DNA of 64,000 bases from Entomortierella parvispora E1425 (GCA_020891255.1 BQFW01000004.1:186001-250000), one strand, 5' to 3'; counted from the stretch's first letter, positions 1 to 12,169 are shown. The notes: a model not told the origin generated them from the letters alone. Translations and numbers: made by a program.

Positions 1-1288
1 GCTGGTCCTCCAGGACGTGCGAACCCCTCTGCTCACCCTCACAGCGACCGAGGATAATGAAGACTCGAACGAAGAAGACATCCGCTCAGAGCCACCACAG
101 ACCCCCTTTTTTCGGCCGATGCAGTACCTTACCTCGATCAACTTGCACGCCACCACACTTTCCGGTTTGACTCTTTCCGGACTTTTTTCTCGTTGTCCTC
201 AACTTGCCAAGTTAGATTTGGGTCAGGACTCGGCACTCTTCCTCTCGGGATTTCATTTGGACTCGAAACTGGTCATGAAGTCGCTCTCGGTTCTCCACAT
301 GGGCCAGTGTCACTTTCTGGACGGCGCCGGATTCAAGGAGATCATGAAAGCTTCGCCCAGTTTGAGAATGGTCGACATCTCGCAGTCGAGCGTGGATGAT
401 GCGGCTCTGGCGGTTCTGGGACGACAATGTCAAGAGATCACCGATCTGAACTTGGATAAGTGCACTCATATAACGGACCAAGGTGTGCGAGACATGCTCT
501 CCCATAGCAAAACTTCCGCTGCTGGCTCTACGACGACCCAGGAACAGCAGCCACAAGAACCGTACAGAAACTACAACTTGCAGAGCCTGTCCATTGCTGG
601 GTGTACAGAACTGACAGGCCAGGGCATCCACCACATCCTGATGACCTGTGCCAGACTGAGAACTCTTGACTTTCAACAACCCGAGATCATGCCCGAGGCT
701 CTCTTCCCCCATACCCTAGAGACTGTTGATGAGGATGAAGTCCCAACAAATCAGACCCAGGGACAGGAACAGGATCAAATCGAGTCTCTGGCCAGTTCAG
801 AGGTGACCCCTGTCCACCAGGAGACAACTTCATCAACAACTGCTCCATTATACCCAGGAAGCCTCCCAGCCTCCATTGTTCTCGCAACAGGATTGGAATC
901 CGCCCTCGAATTATCAGATAATGAGGCCACCGCCGCCGCTGCTCCTTGGGCGTGTAGTGAAAGTTTGGAGCTTCTCAGCATCAAGCGCCTGAACACCATC
1001 AACCCCAGTCAGACCCAGTTCTTGAACGCTCGCCTTCGAGAGTTGTCCCATCTTAAGGTCCTGCACATTGGAGGCAGTCAGTTGGAACTGTCGGTCCTGC
1101 TTGGACTGAGCCACCGACTGGAACATCTCTACATTGACGATCTGGCGCGTGAAGTCGATTTGAAAGATGTCCAATGGTTAGTCGATCAAACGCCAAAGCT
1201 AACGCGCTTGTGGTGCCGCCAGTTGATTCGGCACTCAGAGCCGTGGAAGATGCTCCGAGGCGCGAGAAAACAACTCAAGTTGTGGTAG
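1..1288 (+). CDS. Leucine-rich-repeat (RNI-like/F-box-LRR type) protein, C-terminal part; probably 5'-truncated by the window edge
   Basis: 423-aa ORF with LRR-type periodicity (CPQLAKLDL, SPSLRMVDISQSSVDDAALAVLGRQCQEITDLNLDKCTHITDQGV, LQSLSIAGCTELTGQGI). There is no ATG near the start; stop TAG at 1286-1288. Confidence 0.75.
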   Translation, partial: LVLQDVRTPLLTLTATEDNEDSNEEDIRSEPPQTPFFRPMQYLTSINLHATTLSGLTLSGLFSRCPQLAKLDLGQDSALFLSGFHLDSKLVMKSLSVLHMGQCHFLDGAGFKEIMKASPSLRMVDISQSSVDDAALAVLGRQCQEITDLNLDKCTHITDQGVRDMLSHSKTSAAGSTTTQEQQPQEPYRNYNLQSLSIAGCTELTGQGIHHILMTCARLRTLDFQQPEIMPEALFPHTLETVDEDEVPTNQTQGQEQDQIESLASSEVTPVHQETTSSTTAPLYPGSLPASIVLATGLESALELSDNEATAAAAPWACSESLELLSIKRLNTINPSQTQFLNARLRELSHLKVLHIGGSQLELSVLLGLSHRLEHLYIDDLAREVDLKDVQWLVDQTPKLTRLWCRQLIRHSEPWKMLRGARKQLKLW

Positions 1289-1712
1289 TTCAGGATGCCC
1301 GAAATCACCCCTCCCCTGCTCACATCTCCCTCACTTTCTGATTAGAAAGCGCACACACCCTGTCCCTCCCCCCACTTTTTTTCATATATCATAGACGCGT
1401 ACAGATTTTTGCATCAACAATATAGACATATAGACCATAATGGAAGTGGTTTACCCGAACTTGTGTAGCAAGATGTATACCTTCTCCCTTTCATCCGCAG
1501 GCAATGGCAAGTCAGTGACGAGCTCAAGCTCCTTTTGCCTCCTAGTTCCGGGCAAATCAATGCGATGCATGATGAAGACTCAAAAAGACCCCGGTTTTTT
1601 TTTCCCTCCGTTCACACTTTTTCTATTCCTTTCTTCACTCTTTCCACGCTCTCTTCAGCATTCAATCAGGCGTAACTTTCCCATCAAACCTCTCAAGAAA
1701 ACTCGAGAAAAC

Positions 1713-2596
1713 ATGATTTTCAAGATTCTCTGTCTTTGCGCAGGCTCGGTCGGCTATGTCGCATCCAATTTCCAACCACGTACATCAACAACAAAATCCA
1801 AGCAAGTGGATAAGGCCAAGGATGAGGGCCTACTTATTCGCATAGTCATTCACGTTCTTTCAATCATGGCGACCGTCCACGCCTTGGGAACCGTGGTTTA
1901 TATCTTGCTGATGATCTATACCAACGGCCATTCTGGAAAGAATCCTAGTCTCTCCATAACCGGCAACAAGGATGTGGATGTCGCCCTTTGGCAGCTCATC
2001 GAGCTGGAGACCTGGCAGGTTGTTATGACTATTGTCTCTGTGCTCTCGAGTCTGTTTCGTCTCTGGTCCTTTGTTACCCTGGATCGTTTCTTTACTGTAA
2101 GATTCCCTATAGGGGTTTGTGGTTGGCGGGAGTAATTACTGCTAATTTGACAAGTTTGCTGAATCGTTTTGAGTAGTACGCATTGTTCATTCACAAGGAC
2201 CACAAATTAGTGAGTACTGGACCATACAAGTATCTTCGCCATCCCTCCTACTTGGGATTGGTGACCACGATTTCTGTGAGCTACCTGCTGATGCTTCACC
2301 AGGGACTCTGGCCCGTGTTTACATCTTGGTTTGCGGCAAGTTTCCAGAACTATATCGTCCCTTGTGCGCCCTCGGCATTCCCATTGCTGTTGAGTATTCT
2401 GAGGAGGATCCCGTTTTGGGCTCAGATCGCAGGTCCAAATGGAGGTGCTTGGGTCACCCTTCCCATAGCCGTGATTTGGAGCTATCTTATCAACGGAAGG
2501 ATGACGAGAGAGGAGGTCATGATGCGAGAACACTTTGGCCAGGAGTGGGATCTTTACGCCAGTAAGCGATGGAAAGTCATCCCTTTGGTTTATTAA
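1713..2596 (+). CDS. ICMT/PEMT-family (Ste14-like) integral membrane methyltransferase, 2 exons (1713-2096, 2177-2596)
   Basis: A GT-AG intron at 2097-2176 joins ...LDRFFT to YALFIHKDHKLVSTGPYKYLRHPSYLG. The C-terminus RMTREEVMMREHFGQEWDLYASKRWKVIPLVY is typical of the ICMT family, and there are several hydrophobic segments. Confidence 0.8.
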
Positions 2597-3315
2597 TCAG
2601 ATCAACTACATCGCGCTTTTTGATTCCCATTGCGCTCATCCACAGATCCCTCTGGAAAGATATATCCCCATAAAAGCATCTAATAAAACACCGCATCTGT
2701 CGTCGACACATTACTGATCGGCAAACCCTTTCACTTTAGTTTGTTGGTCACCTCCTGCCTTACTCGCGGCTTTTCACTCCTGCTTGAAACTTCCTTGCCT
2801 TTTTTTTTGTGATAGCCCAGAGCGACCTATTCAAACAAACAATTTTATTCGGAGAACAGCAATTGCTCAAAGATGACAAGGAAGGCATCTCTCAAAGACC
2901 AATGTTGAAACAAATGACTGAAGAATGACCGAGAAATCATTAACGATCTGGCGATCTGACAACCACAAATCTCACAAATCCAGAGTTGCTTTCTTTACAC
3001 TTTTGATAGGGTGGTGTCAACCGCAGAAAAGATCTCAATCCATCACCCATAGACAGACAAGGAGTGCATTTCTCAGCCAATTCAAGCACACTGTGAATTA
3101 TTCAGTGGACAGTGATTCTGGTTTGTTGGTATTTGTATTGATAAAAAAAAACAAGACGCGTCGGTAGAATTATCTAGCATCTTCATTGCTCATCCAGATG
3201 GTGTGTTTTTTGTCGAGTCGAGCTAAGCGTGTCTTTCAGGCAGCCCTTGGGCTAGCCAATGACCGCATTCAAGCGGATAAGAAAGGGTGAGTAGGGTAAG
3301 CTCACTCTGTCTCCT

Positions 3316-4298
3316 TTAGCAGCCTCCACGAAGAGCCAAGACCAAATGCAAGACCGAGCCTCCCTCAATATTGTAGTCTGTGGCGGAGCGATCGTCAACC
3401 CTAAATAGATCGACATCATGGAACATTGAATGGTTATAATCATGGAATAAAAAAATATCATGGGCAGTGCCAACTGTACCGGAGCACGATAGTGGAGGGA
3501 TGGGAGGGATGTTCCAGGCAGATGAAAGTGCATTGTCAAATGAAGTATAGACCTTACATTTGCTTTCCTCCAAAAATGAGACGCTGCTGTGCTGGGGGGA
3601 TACCCTCCTTCTCCTCGACACGCTCCTTGATGCGAGTGATCTATTATCAAGATGTAAGGGGAGAGAAGGGGAGAGAGTTAGGAACAAGCTCCAACCTCCG
3701 AGTCTGACGAGTCTGGCAAGTCTGGCTACGCCCTCGCAATTTCGTGCTTTGCCACCACCACTATGACGCGCTCCCGGCCCATTACCTTGTCACTTGGCTC
3801 AATATCGATCTCAATCTAATGAATAGATGGAAATGCACATTGTCAATATAATAACACATGAGTTACAAATGTCAGTCCATTCATATCAAAGGCTGTAGTC
3901 CTGCTCCATGTTGGATGTTGAAAGCTACTGACTCTTCAGCATGTTGCACATGAGCAGAAATGGTCAACTGCGCCTTCTTTTTTTCCAAATCGTTGACATC
4001 TCAAGTGAACAGTCGCAGAAAAGGTCCTGCTGATGGGCGTTGAGCATCCTAGACATGACATTTACCTCCTTTCCGGTGAGAGTCTACAGCAAGAAGAGCG
4101 AGAAGAGAAAGCAAAACAAATGGCGCGGGTCAGCAATGGCAGCATTGTCTTTCAGGAACACGACGGTAGAAAACGGTTCGATTCCACATCCCCTCGAAAC
4201 CAGTTCGTCCAAGGAACGAGAAAACCAGAGTCGGAAAAGCATCTTCCTGAAAGGAGCTCATTCCTGTACAAGTGCATTACCTTGACTTTGATAAGCAT
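3316..4298 (-). CDS. NEDD8: NEDD8/Rub1 ubiquitin-like protein, 5 exons (4298-4281, 4083-4066, 3815-3786, 3640-3558, 3400-3316)
   Basis: Manual splicing with canonical GT-AG sites gives 234 nt: MLIKVK|TLTGKE|IEIDIEPSDK|ITRIKERVEEKEGIPPAQQRLIFGGKQM|VDDRSATDYNIEGGSVLHLVLALRGGC*. The LALRGG end (Ala72) is diagnostic of NEDD8 rather than ubiquitin. Confidence 0.96.
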
Positions 4299-4487
4299 GA
4301 TGGCGGGTTTGAATGCGTGTCGGTGTGTGTGGACGAATGGACGAGAAAGAAGAAAAAAGAAGCGTGGACGGAAAGTTGGACCCGCTCAAAAAATGGTCAT
4401 GTGACGTATTTCCACTGTCGCCTGTCTTCGAAAGGGATCATCGCCTCGTTCTCAATCTTGACCTCTATCCCGCTCCACATCTCCATC
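4299..4487. promoter_or_regulatory. Compact bidirectional promoter (NEDD8/PFD1) with a central GTCATGTGAC E-box variant
   Basis: Divergent ATGs are separated by 189 bp; GTCATGTGAC lies at 4396-4405, near the midpoint. Confidence 0.55.
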
Positions 4488-5356
4488 ATGTCTATCAACG
4501 AACAGGCCCTTGGAAAGGTACCACCTAGCACGCGCAGTTCCAGGACTCAGGGATGGCTGTTATTATGATCGACTCTCTTTCCGAACCAAGTCATGTAGAA
4601 ATGCAATCGGAATTAATCAGGAACGACCGTGATCATCCACTACGTGCGACCATCAGGGAATGTGTAACGAGTAGACTGCCAGAGAAGATAACTCCCTTAT
4701 GGATTTTCAGAGGAACAACCAGGGCTCGTGGGGAGGAGGATGTTGTCCGCCATTCGCCATTCACACCACAGCATCGTTCCTCGAGAAATTCCTCTTCAAA
4801 CGCGAACCTATCTCTTTTTTTTCCCTTGTCCATTGGAACGCAAGAAAATAACCTCGACATTCAACCTCACCTAGATCATTAACGATCTCCAGAACAAGCT
4901 CCAGGAAGCAAACCGCATGGTTGCCTCCGTTCAAGCCCAGATCCAGACCAGGGAAAGAGAAAAACGTCTGTCCGAACTCACCAACAAAGAACTCTCCAGC
5001 ATCGACACCAATACCGTCACCTACAAGTCGGTTGGCAAGATGTAAAGTCAAAATAGCTCTGAATATCGCATAGCATTGGACAGGAAACCTCACAGATAAG
5101 GAGCTTTCCGCCTGAAAGACCATCAACAGGATATTAATCACTTTTTTGAATTCGTTTTTGTGCTTTCCAAAATTTCAGGTTCGTTCAAGAGCCATTGCCT
5201 AGCTTAACGAAAGAGCTGTCGACGCGCGTTTCCGAGATGGACAAGGATGTGGCTGCTCTGGACAAGAAGAGGATCTACTGGGAGCGTAACAAGACGGAAG
5301 CCCAGGGCAACCTTCAGGAACTGGTCAGACAGATCCAGCAGGCTCAAGGAGCGTAA
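4488..5356 (+). CDS. PFD1: Prefoldin subunit 1 (beta-type), 3 exons (4488-4517, 4875-5041, 5179-5356)
   Basis: Spliced product MSINEQALGK|IINDLQNKLQEANRMV...TNTVTYKSVGKM|FVQEP...LQELVRQIQQAQGA*. It has two coiled coils flanking the YKSVGKMF beta-hairpin of beta-prefoldins. Assignment to subunit 1 is from recalled similarity. Confidence 0.85.
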
Positions 5357-5625
5357 GGAAACCCAATAAATCTGAAAATAACAAATGAGAAAATCCAGAA
5401 TCATATGATGCCATGATACACTTGTCTCCGATATCAGCATATCAACAGCACTCCCGGGTGGTGTTTTCAGAGAGAACATATCAATGACCAAGAACATACT
5501 TTAAAAAAAAGTCCAGAAATTTATTAGAAAAAAAAGATCAAATGCTTCTCAACGACAACACGGGGGAGGGGGGGAAATGATAATGCTCAATTGGGGACGA
5601 CTACACTGCAAAAAAACTTGATTGC

Positions 5626-7890
5626 TTAGTAGACACGCTTCTTGGGGGGAACAGCCTTGCACTCCTCCTCGTCCAAGGTGTGGGCCACGACGCCACGGTA
5701 GCTCAACTTGACCTCGCCAGTCTCCTGGTTTTGCCATGAGAGGGTGTGCTTCATCCAGTTCTTGTCATCACGCTCAGAGAAATCCTCACGGGCATGGGCA
5801 CCGCGAGACTCCTTACGAGCGCTGGCAGAGTGCATGGTCTGGGCAGCACAGGTCAACAAGTTCTGAAGCTCAAGGGTCTCGACAAGATCAGAGTTCCAGA
5901 TCATGCTGCGGTCGGTGACACCGACATCCTTGAAGGAGCCGTAGACCTTATCAATCTTCTCAACACCCTCATCCAAAGACGACTGGGTACGGAAGACAGC
6001 GGCATCGTTCTGCATGACCTTCTGCATGTTCAAGCGCAAGTTAGCGGTCGAGATGGGGCCAGTGGCGTGGCGGAGCTTGTCCAAGTTGGCAATGGACTCG
6101 GCACCGGCATCGGCAGCCAAGGGCTTGTGGGGGGTGTTGGGAGCCAAGGTATCACGAATGTGGTGAGCGCAAGCACGACCGAAGACGACAATATCCAAGA
6201 GAGAGTTGGCACCGAGACGGTTAGCTCCGTGGACAGAGACACAGGCGGCCTCACCAGCAGCGTACAAGCCGGGGACGACCTTGTCGTTTCCGTTCTCATC
6301 AACAGTCAAGACCTCTCCAGTGTACTTGGTGGGGATACCACCCATGTTGTAGTGGACAGTGGGCAAGACGGGGATGGGCTCCTTGGTGACATCAACACCA
6401 GAGAAAATGGCGGCAGTCTCCGAGATACCGGGGAGACGCTCGTGGAGGACCGAGGCGGGCAAGTGAGAGAGCTGGAGGTAGATGTGGTCCTTCTCGGGAC
6501 CGACACCACGACCCTCGCGAATCTCCATGGTCATGGAGCGCGAGACGACATCACGGGAAGCAAGATCCTTGGCAGTGGGGGCATAACGCTCCATGAAACG
6601 CTCGCCCTGGGAGTTCAAGAGGTATCCTCCCTCACCGCGGGAACCCTCAGTGATGAGGCATCCAGCTCCGTAAATACCAGTGGGGTGGAACTGAACGAAC
6701 TCCAAATCTTGAAGAGGGAGACCGGCACGGGCAACCATGGCGTTACCGTCACCAGTACAGGTGTGGGCAGAGGTGCACGAGAAGTAAGCGCGTCCGTATC
6801 CTCCGGTGGCAAGGACAGTCTTGTGAGAGCGGAAACGGTGAAGGGTACCATCCTCCATGTTCAAGGCGATAACACCACGGCACTCGCCGTTCTCCATGAT
6901 GAGATCCAAGGCGAAGTACTCAATGAAGAAGTTGGTGTTGTGACGAAGAGACTGGCCGTAAAGGGTGTGGAGGATGGAGTGACCGGTACGATCAGCGACG
7001 GCAGCGCAACGGTAAGCCTGGCCACCTGTTGATGAAAAGAGACATATGCGTTAGACAGGAAGAATAAAAGATGTTGACAGGTCAATTGCAATCGCAGTTG
7101 CAATAAGCACGCGTGCAATGGTCACCTACCCTCGCCGAACTTCAAACTCTGACCACCGAAAGCACGCTGGTAGATCTTGCCCTCCTTGGTTCTAGAGAAA
7201 GGGACACCATAGTGCTCCAACTCGATAACACTGTGGGGAGCTTCACGACACATGTAATGGATAGCATCCTGATCTCCGAGCCAGTCGGATCCCTTGACGG
7301 TATCGTACATGTGCCATCTCCAGTCATCCTCTCCCATGTTGCCCAAAGCAGCGTTAACACCTCCCTAAATACCAGTAGAGTCAAACAAGAACGCGCGTCA
7401 TGTTAGATTTCGAAGCCTCAGATGTTACCTCCCTCCTTTTTCGATAAAAAATGCCAATGTGTACCTGAGCAGCGACAGTGTGGGAACGGGTGGGGAAGAG
7501 CTTGGAGATACAGGCAGTGTTAAGGCCAGCCTCGGCAAGACCGAAAGCGGCACGGAGACCAGCACCACCGGCACCAATAACGAGGGCATCGTAGGTGTGG
7601 TCAATGATGGGGTACTTGGAGGTGATAGGGCTCTACAGAGAAGAAGGCAGCATTGGGTTAACAAACGTTCGTTTTTTTTAGTTGCGCTTTTTGCGGGGAA
7701 GCCCAAACAAGGCAGGAGGGCTCGGGATTCGTGAATAATTCCTCTCGGATTTGGATTTGGCAAAAGCTGGGGATCTCGGATTGGAGCACATCACATACCG
7801 ATGACTCCTTAGCGTTCAAGGGCTTGGAGGCAAAGACCTGCATCGCGGGGCGCGAGGTGTGGATGGCGCGGCTAGCAACATTCTTGGCGG
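5626..7890 (-). CDS. SDH1: Succinate dehydrogenase flavoprotein subunit; multi-exon; first exon of the mitochondrial presequence (upstream of 7890) not resolved
   Basis: Motifs [22 protein letters not shown], covalent-FAD [10 protein letters not shown]|[54 protein letters not shown]; C-terminus VPPKKRVY. Confidence 0.97.
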
Positions 7891-8888
7891 CTAAATAGTG
7901 AATGCATTGATTCCGAAAATGATTAGATTAAAGTGTCCGAAAGCGTGCAGCCGAAATACAGAGCATGCGCAAGAGTGGATTTCAGGACATGTCAATGCGA
8001 TGTTAGATCTCGGACTTCTTTGTAAGAACACCTACCAGTGCGACGCTGTTGGACAGGACAATAAGAGAAGCGGCAGAATCCGACAGGGCAGAAAGGTAGT
8101 AAAAAAAAAAGGTGTTTGTTAGGGTTGGTCTTGATAGACACGGCAAGGCATTCAGGCACCGGAGAGGGGTGGGATTGTAATTGAGGGTGAAGACGCGATC
8201 GGAACCCAAGTGTGAACTCTGGAAAGACTATAATACGTCTGCAGAGATTGGTCACCATGGGATCCGTCAGCGGATTGGGCCAGACGACACGAGGGACTGA
8301 GCTCGGACATGTCCGAGAGTGGGAAAGGAGACGTGTAAGGGAAGATTGGACACGCACCAAGATGTTGGCACAAGACTGGACTCGGAACATTGTGTATGAC
8401 AGCAAAGAGATAGACAAGACCGAGAAGAGAGAAGGGGGGAATGGAGAGACGAAAGGAGTGGAGAAGAGAGGAGAGGGATGGAAGGATGGACGGGAGGATG
8501 GAAGAAGAGAAGAGATGCGAGCGAAAGCCAGCCAGGCGGAAGATTGATTGTGTCCGTCAGTCCGTCCGACGGGGCCTTTTCCCCCCTTTCTCCCTTCGTC
8601 CGCTGTTTACTCTCCTGGAGAGGAAAACCGCTCGGGAAGGAACACGAAAAAAATCACGTGCGACTATCATGCTCGGAAGGTGGCTTGGCCTATAAAATTC
8701 ACGTACACATACAGGTGAATACGCCCGTTTATGGCCAGGCGCTGTTGAACTCTCGAACTCGTGGCCCCATGCTTCTCCTCTCTCTCCCCCTTCCTCCTTC
8801 CCTCTCGCTTTCTTCAATCCATTATAGTCTTCATTTTTAGTAAGGAGAGTGGGAAACATGAATTTTGCTGGCGGCAGGACGGGAAGCG

Positions 8889-8924
<36 letters not shown>

Positions 8925-9587
8925 GAAATGATATCAATCTGTACGATCTATGGCAATTGCCACATCGAAACAGCAAAGTGAAGACCACTGGTAGGCTGAA
9001 TTTCAAAGAGCATCCTTTGAAAAACCTACCTCTACAAAGAATGGGCAGTAAAACTGAGAGGAGCGTGCTAAAATGTTACCTCAACCAATTTCATGATATT
9101 CTCCCTCCCCGTACTCGCGAGCTTGGAAGCTATGCAGAAGGAGGCTGGCTTTGATACATCTGCTGTAATGGGAAAAATTATAATAGTAGGGGCCAAGGGA
9201 AAAGCACGAAGAATGAGTATTCGTGTGAAAGCCCAGTGTATGAGCACAAGAAGTTGTGGCGACATTGGCTTTTTTTCTGCTTCGGTTTAGCCTAGGACTT
9301 GATGGTTGCAGTTGTGCATTAGCAACCACTGGTTGCCCTATTATCTTGTTTGCTGAGGAAGCCGCAACTGAGAAAGAAAACGCCGAGTATTACGTGGCAG
9401 TTATAATGCATAAAAATACTGGGCATCGGCTATCTTACGAAGGAGCCTTCGGGCGCGGGGGGTTTTTTTTATTGCAACTTGCCTTCAGGCGCGGTGTTAC
9501 ATCTGCGACACTCAGTACGGTGACGTCATCCTATCACGAATATGATACTTAGAGGTCCCAAAAGATTGGCCAACATATCGTCTAACA

Positions 9588-9659
9588 GCCCGCATAGCTC
9601 ATTGGTAGAGCGTCTGCCTAGTAAGCAGAAGGTAGCAGGTTCGATCCCTGCTGTGGGCA
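9588..9659 (+). tRNA. tRNA-Thr(AGT), intronless
   Basis: GCCCGCATAGCTCATTGGTAGAGCG-TCTGC CT AGT AA GCAGA-AGGTAGCAGGTTCGATCCCTGCTGTGGGCA. Acceptor stem GCCCGCA/TGTGGGC, TTCGA T-loop and a downstream T-run. Confidence 0.96.
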
Positions 9660-10266
9660 TTCATCTTTTTGTATTTTTCGGTTGTGATTTGAACTCGGCG
9701 TGTGGCCAAGGGAGAACCTTCCTTTCGGGTACGCGCCAACTTCTCTTTTTTTTTCTTCTTCTTGTCAAAAGGTCCAGGTGTGGGGTTTAGGGGTTTATTG
9801 TCTGATATATGTTAGCACACAAGCATACACACGGCTTTGTTTCTGTTCTCTCCATGACGTCGATTTACACACTTGCCTTGGTATGCTTCCGGTGACCTCG
9901 AGGACTCCTCAAGAATATGTGAACAAAGCCATGCAAGCTGTTCAAATTGCCTGGGCTGATGGATATTTCCAGTCAGACAAGTCGGTGACGATGATCTCTT
10001 GCAGCTATACCTAGCCTCCAACGGAAACGCTGAGAACTGGAATCGAATCCATGCTTTATTTTTTTGCTCAAACATCTAAGACTACTTGACAACGGACCAA
10101 TGCAATTGGATTCACCACTCGGATGAGGTCATTCCTCCGATCAAGACATTTTGTGCTTATACGTACCTGGATGTGCCCTAATGTTAGATAAAGAGAAGAG
10201 GCGGTGGAGAGACTCCTCGACCGGAGATTCGATTCGATATGGATAAGATTCGAGTTCGTCGGATTT

Positions 10267-10338
10267 GATCCGAGTTGTATGTATTCGATCTGACAAGGAT
10301 TCGATCCGAGTTGTATGTATTCGATCTGACAAGGATTC
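10267..10338. repeat. Perfect 36-bp tandem duplication inside a TTCGA-rich tract
   Basis: GATCCGAGTTGTATGTATTCGATCTGACAAGGATTC occurs at 10267-10302 and 10303-10338. Confidence 0.9.
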
Positions 10339-10488
10339 GATTCAGTTTTTTTTTCTTTTTTTTTGTGGCCATCTTGGGATTCAGTCATGTGATCATTAAG
10401 GGTCTAAAGTCTGTCTGGATCTCACTTTCGAAAGTCGGAATCCGAAGATCATTGTCGGTCCCTGGACTTTAACCTTTATTGTTCATCG

Positions 10489-10560
10489 GCTAACATAGTA
10501 TAATGGTTAGTATATCTCGTTGTGGCCGAGACGATCCTGGTTCGATTCCAGGTGTTAGCA
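10489..10560 (+). tRNA. tRNA-His(GTG), intronless
   Basis: Acceptor stem GCTAACA/TGTTAGC, anticodon arm TCTCG TT GTG GC CGAGA, T-arm CCTGG TTCGATT CCAGG, followed by a T-run terminator. Confidence 0.96.
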
Positions 10561-10925
10561 TTTTTGATCATCTGGAGCACGGTTCTCGGAACCCGGGAGG
10601 TCTGTGCTGTCCCAAAAAGCCCTCCTTGAACCTGCCACACTTCACGCGCACACGAACTCTGTGAAGCGCACCTTTTTTTTGCCACTTCACTCAGCAACCT
10701 GTTACAATTAGTTGTTCTACCAGGTATTACCGTCTCATTATATTTCGGACAACCATATTTGCTCTAAATCCATGTAGGTCCTCAACACGATCCTCAAAAA
10801 GAAAACGATCAAGAACAGCTACACCTGCAAACCCAATGGTGTATCTTGCCAGAGAACATGAAGAACAAGGACAGAACACGTTGGAACTTTTCTGTCTCGA
10901 TCCTTTCTTGGAGACATCGCTAGTT

Positions 10926-10958
<33 letters not shown>

Positions 10959-12033
10959 TTGAAGTTGGACACTCCTTTGTCATTCTACGATATGTGGAGG
11001 GTGTATTTTTGTTCACGGCTGTAACATGACATCCCTCAAAGGTGTTTTGGAACCATATTTGTTCAATATAGCACTTTTCTTGCTCTTTGGTCAGGGTTCA
11101 CTTTCCAAACATTCTTGTTGAAGTTCTGCGGAAGCAAACATGAGTCTTTTCACCATTGCAATGTAGCACAAAATCTTACTGGGCTCGTTTTTTTTGCTGC
11201 GCGTGCTTCGCTTCAATTGCCACACATTCATCCGTAAAAGCTCGCTTTGTCAGTTGATGGATGTATGCTGATCTAGCTTCTAAGCGTTTATCCTCAAGAA
11301 ACCAAGCAAAGAAAGGTCAAAGAGCAAACTACAGAATACAGTGCAGAGTGTGCACACGTAAAACAGGGACAGACACTTGGACCATGTTGATATTTGTGAA
11401 AAAAGCAAACTGGCAGCAACCTGAGGCAATTGCGCAACACCTTATCAACTAGAGTGGCATGGGCTTTAGCCGATCTAGTTGCTCCACGTCATTGTTTAAA
11501 TGATACGGTACAGGTCTTTCCCCCATATTCGACTGCTCGGGATGATATTTACCGGTTACCGGCCCCCTAGATTTCTGTATAAAATCGTTGTATCGCTCCC
11601 TTTTTTTTTTTCCTAACCTTTTCGAGAAAAGGGCAGACATAGAAAAAAATCCAGAACGACGAGTCAAGTTTATTCACTTCACTTCTACCCTCATGCTTGC
11701 AACCTCATTTGGCATCGAGTTTTTTTATTCGTATATGACCAAGCAGGGGGAATCGTAAAAAAAAAGAGATACTATTGACTTTTTCAAAAATGCATTGACC
11801 AAAAAAAAACACTGATCGACGATCTTACCGACGATCTTACCAATGATCGTGTAGTTGGTGTCGTTCACTGACCCTGGGAGGATTCTTTTTGGGTTTTTTA
11901 TCCACCGGCCTTGACTCTTCGTCCCATGGGCTCACCAGCCCATCCAGGTCTTGAACGCCAAGCACGTCGATGACTGTCGACCTACCCACCTTTCCATTAC
12001 ACCAGATTTCTTCGTCCTTTACCTTTGATATAT

Positions 12034-12169
12034 CGGTTAATCTATTCGTCAACCCCAGTTGATATATAATGGGGGGTGGACATCCAAGGAGCTACCTTCC
12101 TTATATGGAAAAAAAGAGGGGGGTTGACACCCATTATATTCAAACTGGGGTTGACGAATAGATTAACCG
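12034..12169. repeat. Inverted repeat with 40-bp arms (12034-12073 / 12130-12169) and a 56-bp spacer; MITE-like
   Basis: CGGTTAATCTATTCGTCAACCCCAGTT is the exact reverse complement of AACTGGGGTTGACGAATAGATTAACCG (27/27). After a 3-nt mismatch, ATATAATGGG pairs with CCCATTATAT. Confidence 0.85.

Noticed and set aside
4160-4200. GGTTCGATTCC B-box-like word in NEDD8 intron 1
   Set aside because: No cloverleaf or A-box at a suitable distance; probably chance.
5746-7032. 428-aa plus-strand ORF antisense to SDH1
   Set aside because: It is the codon-aligned shadow of a strongly biased coding strand and has no recognisable motifs. The same applies to 41466-42452 (antisense to the C2H2 gene) and 48467-49258 (antisense to PUF4).
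8894-8922. Long poly-T/poly-A runs (also near 10927, 15379, 21773 and elsewhere) as retro-element tails
   Set aside because: They are widespread in introns and intergenic DNA with no target-site duplications or shared upstream body, so they look like a genome-wide compositional trait.
9800-10200. Possible microexon gene between tRNA-Thr and tRNA-His (CTAAC...TAG|GGCACATCCAG|GTACGT on the minus strand)
   Set aside because: Splice-like signals exist, but I could not assemble a coherent ORF with a start or any homology, and the plus strand gives equally plausible short frames.
10267-10338. 36-bp direct repeat and the 19-bp repeats at 46.7 kb as possible CRISPR arrays
   Set aside because: The repeats are contiguous with no unique spacers, there are no cas genes, and the context is eukaryotic.
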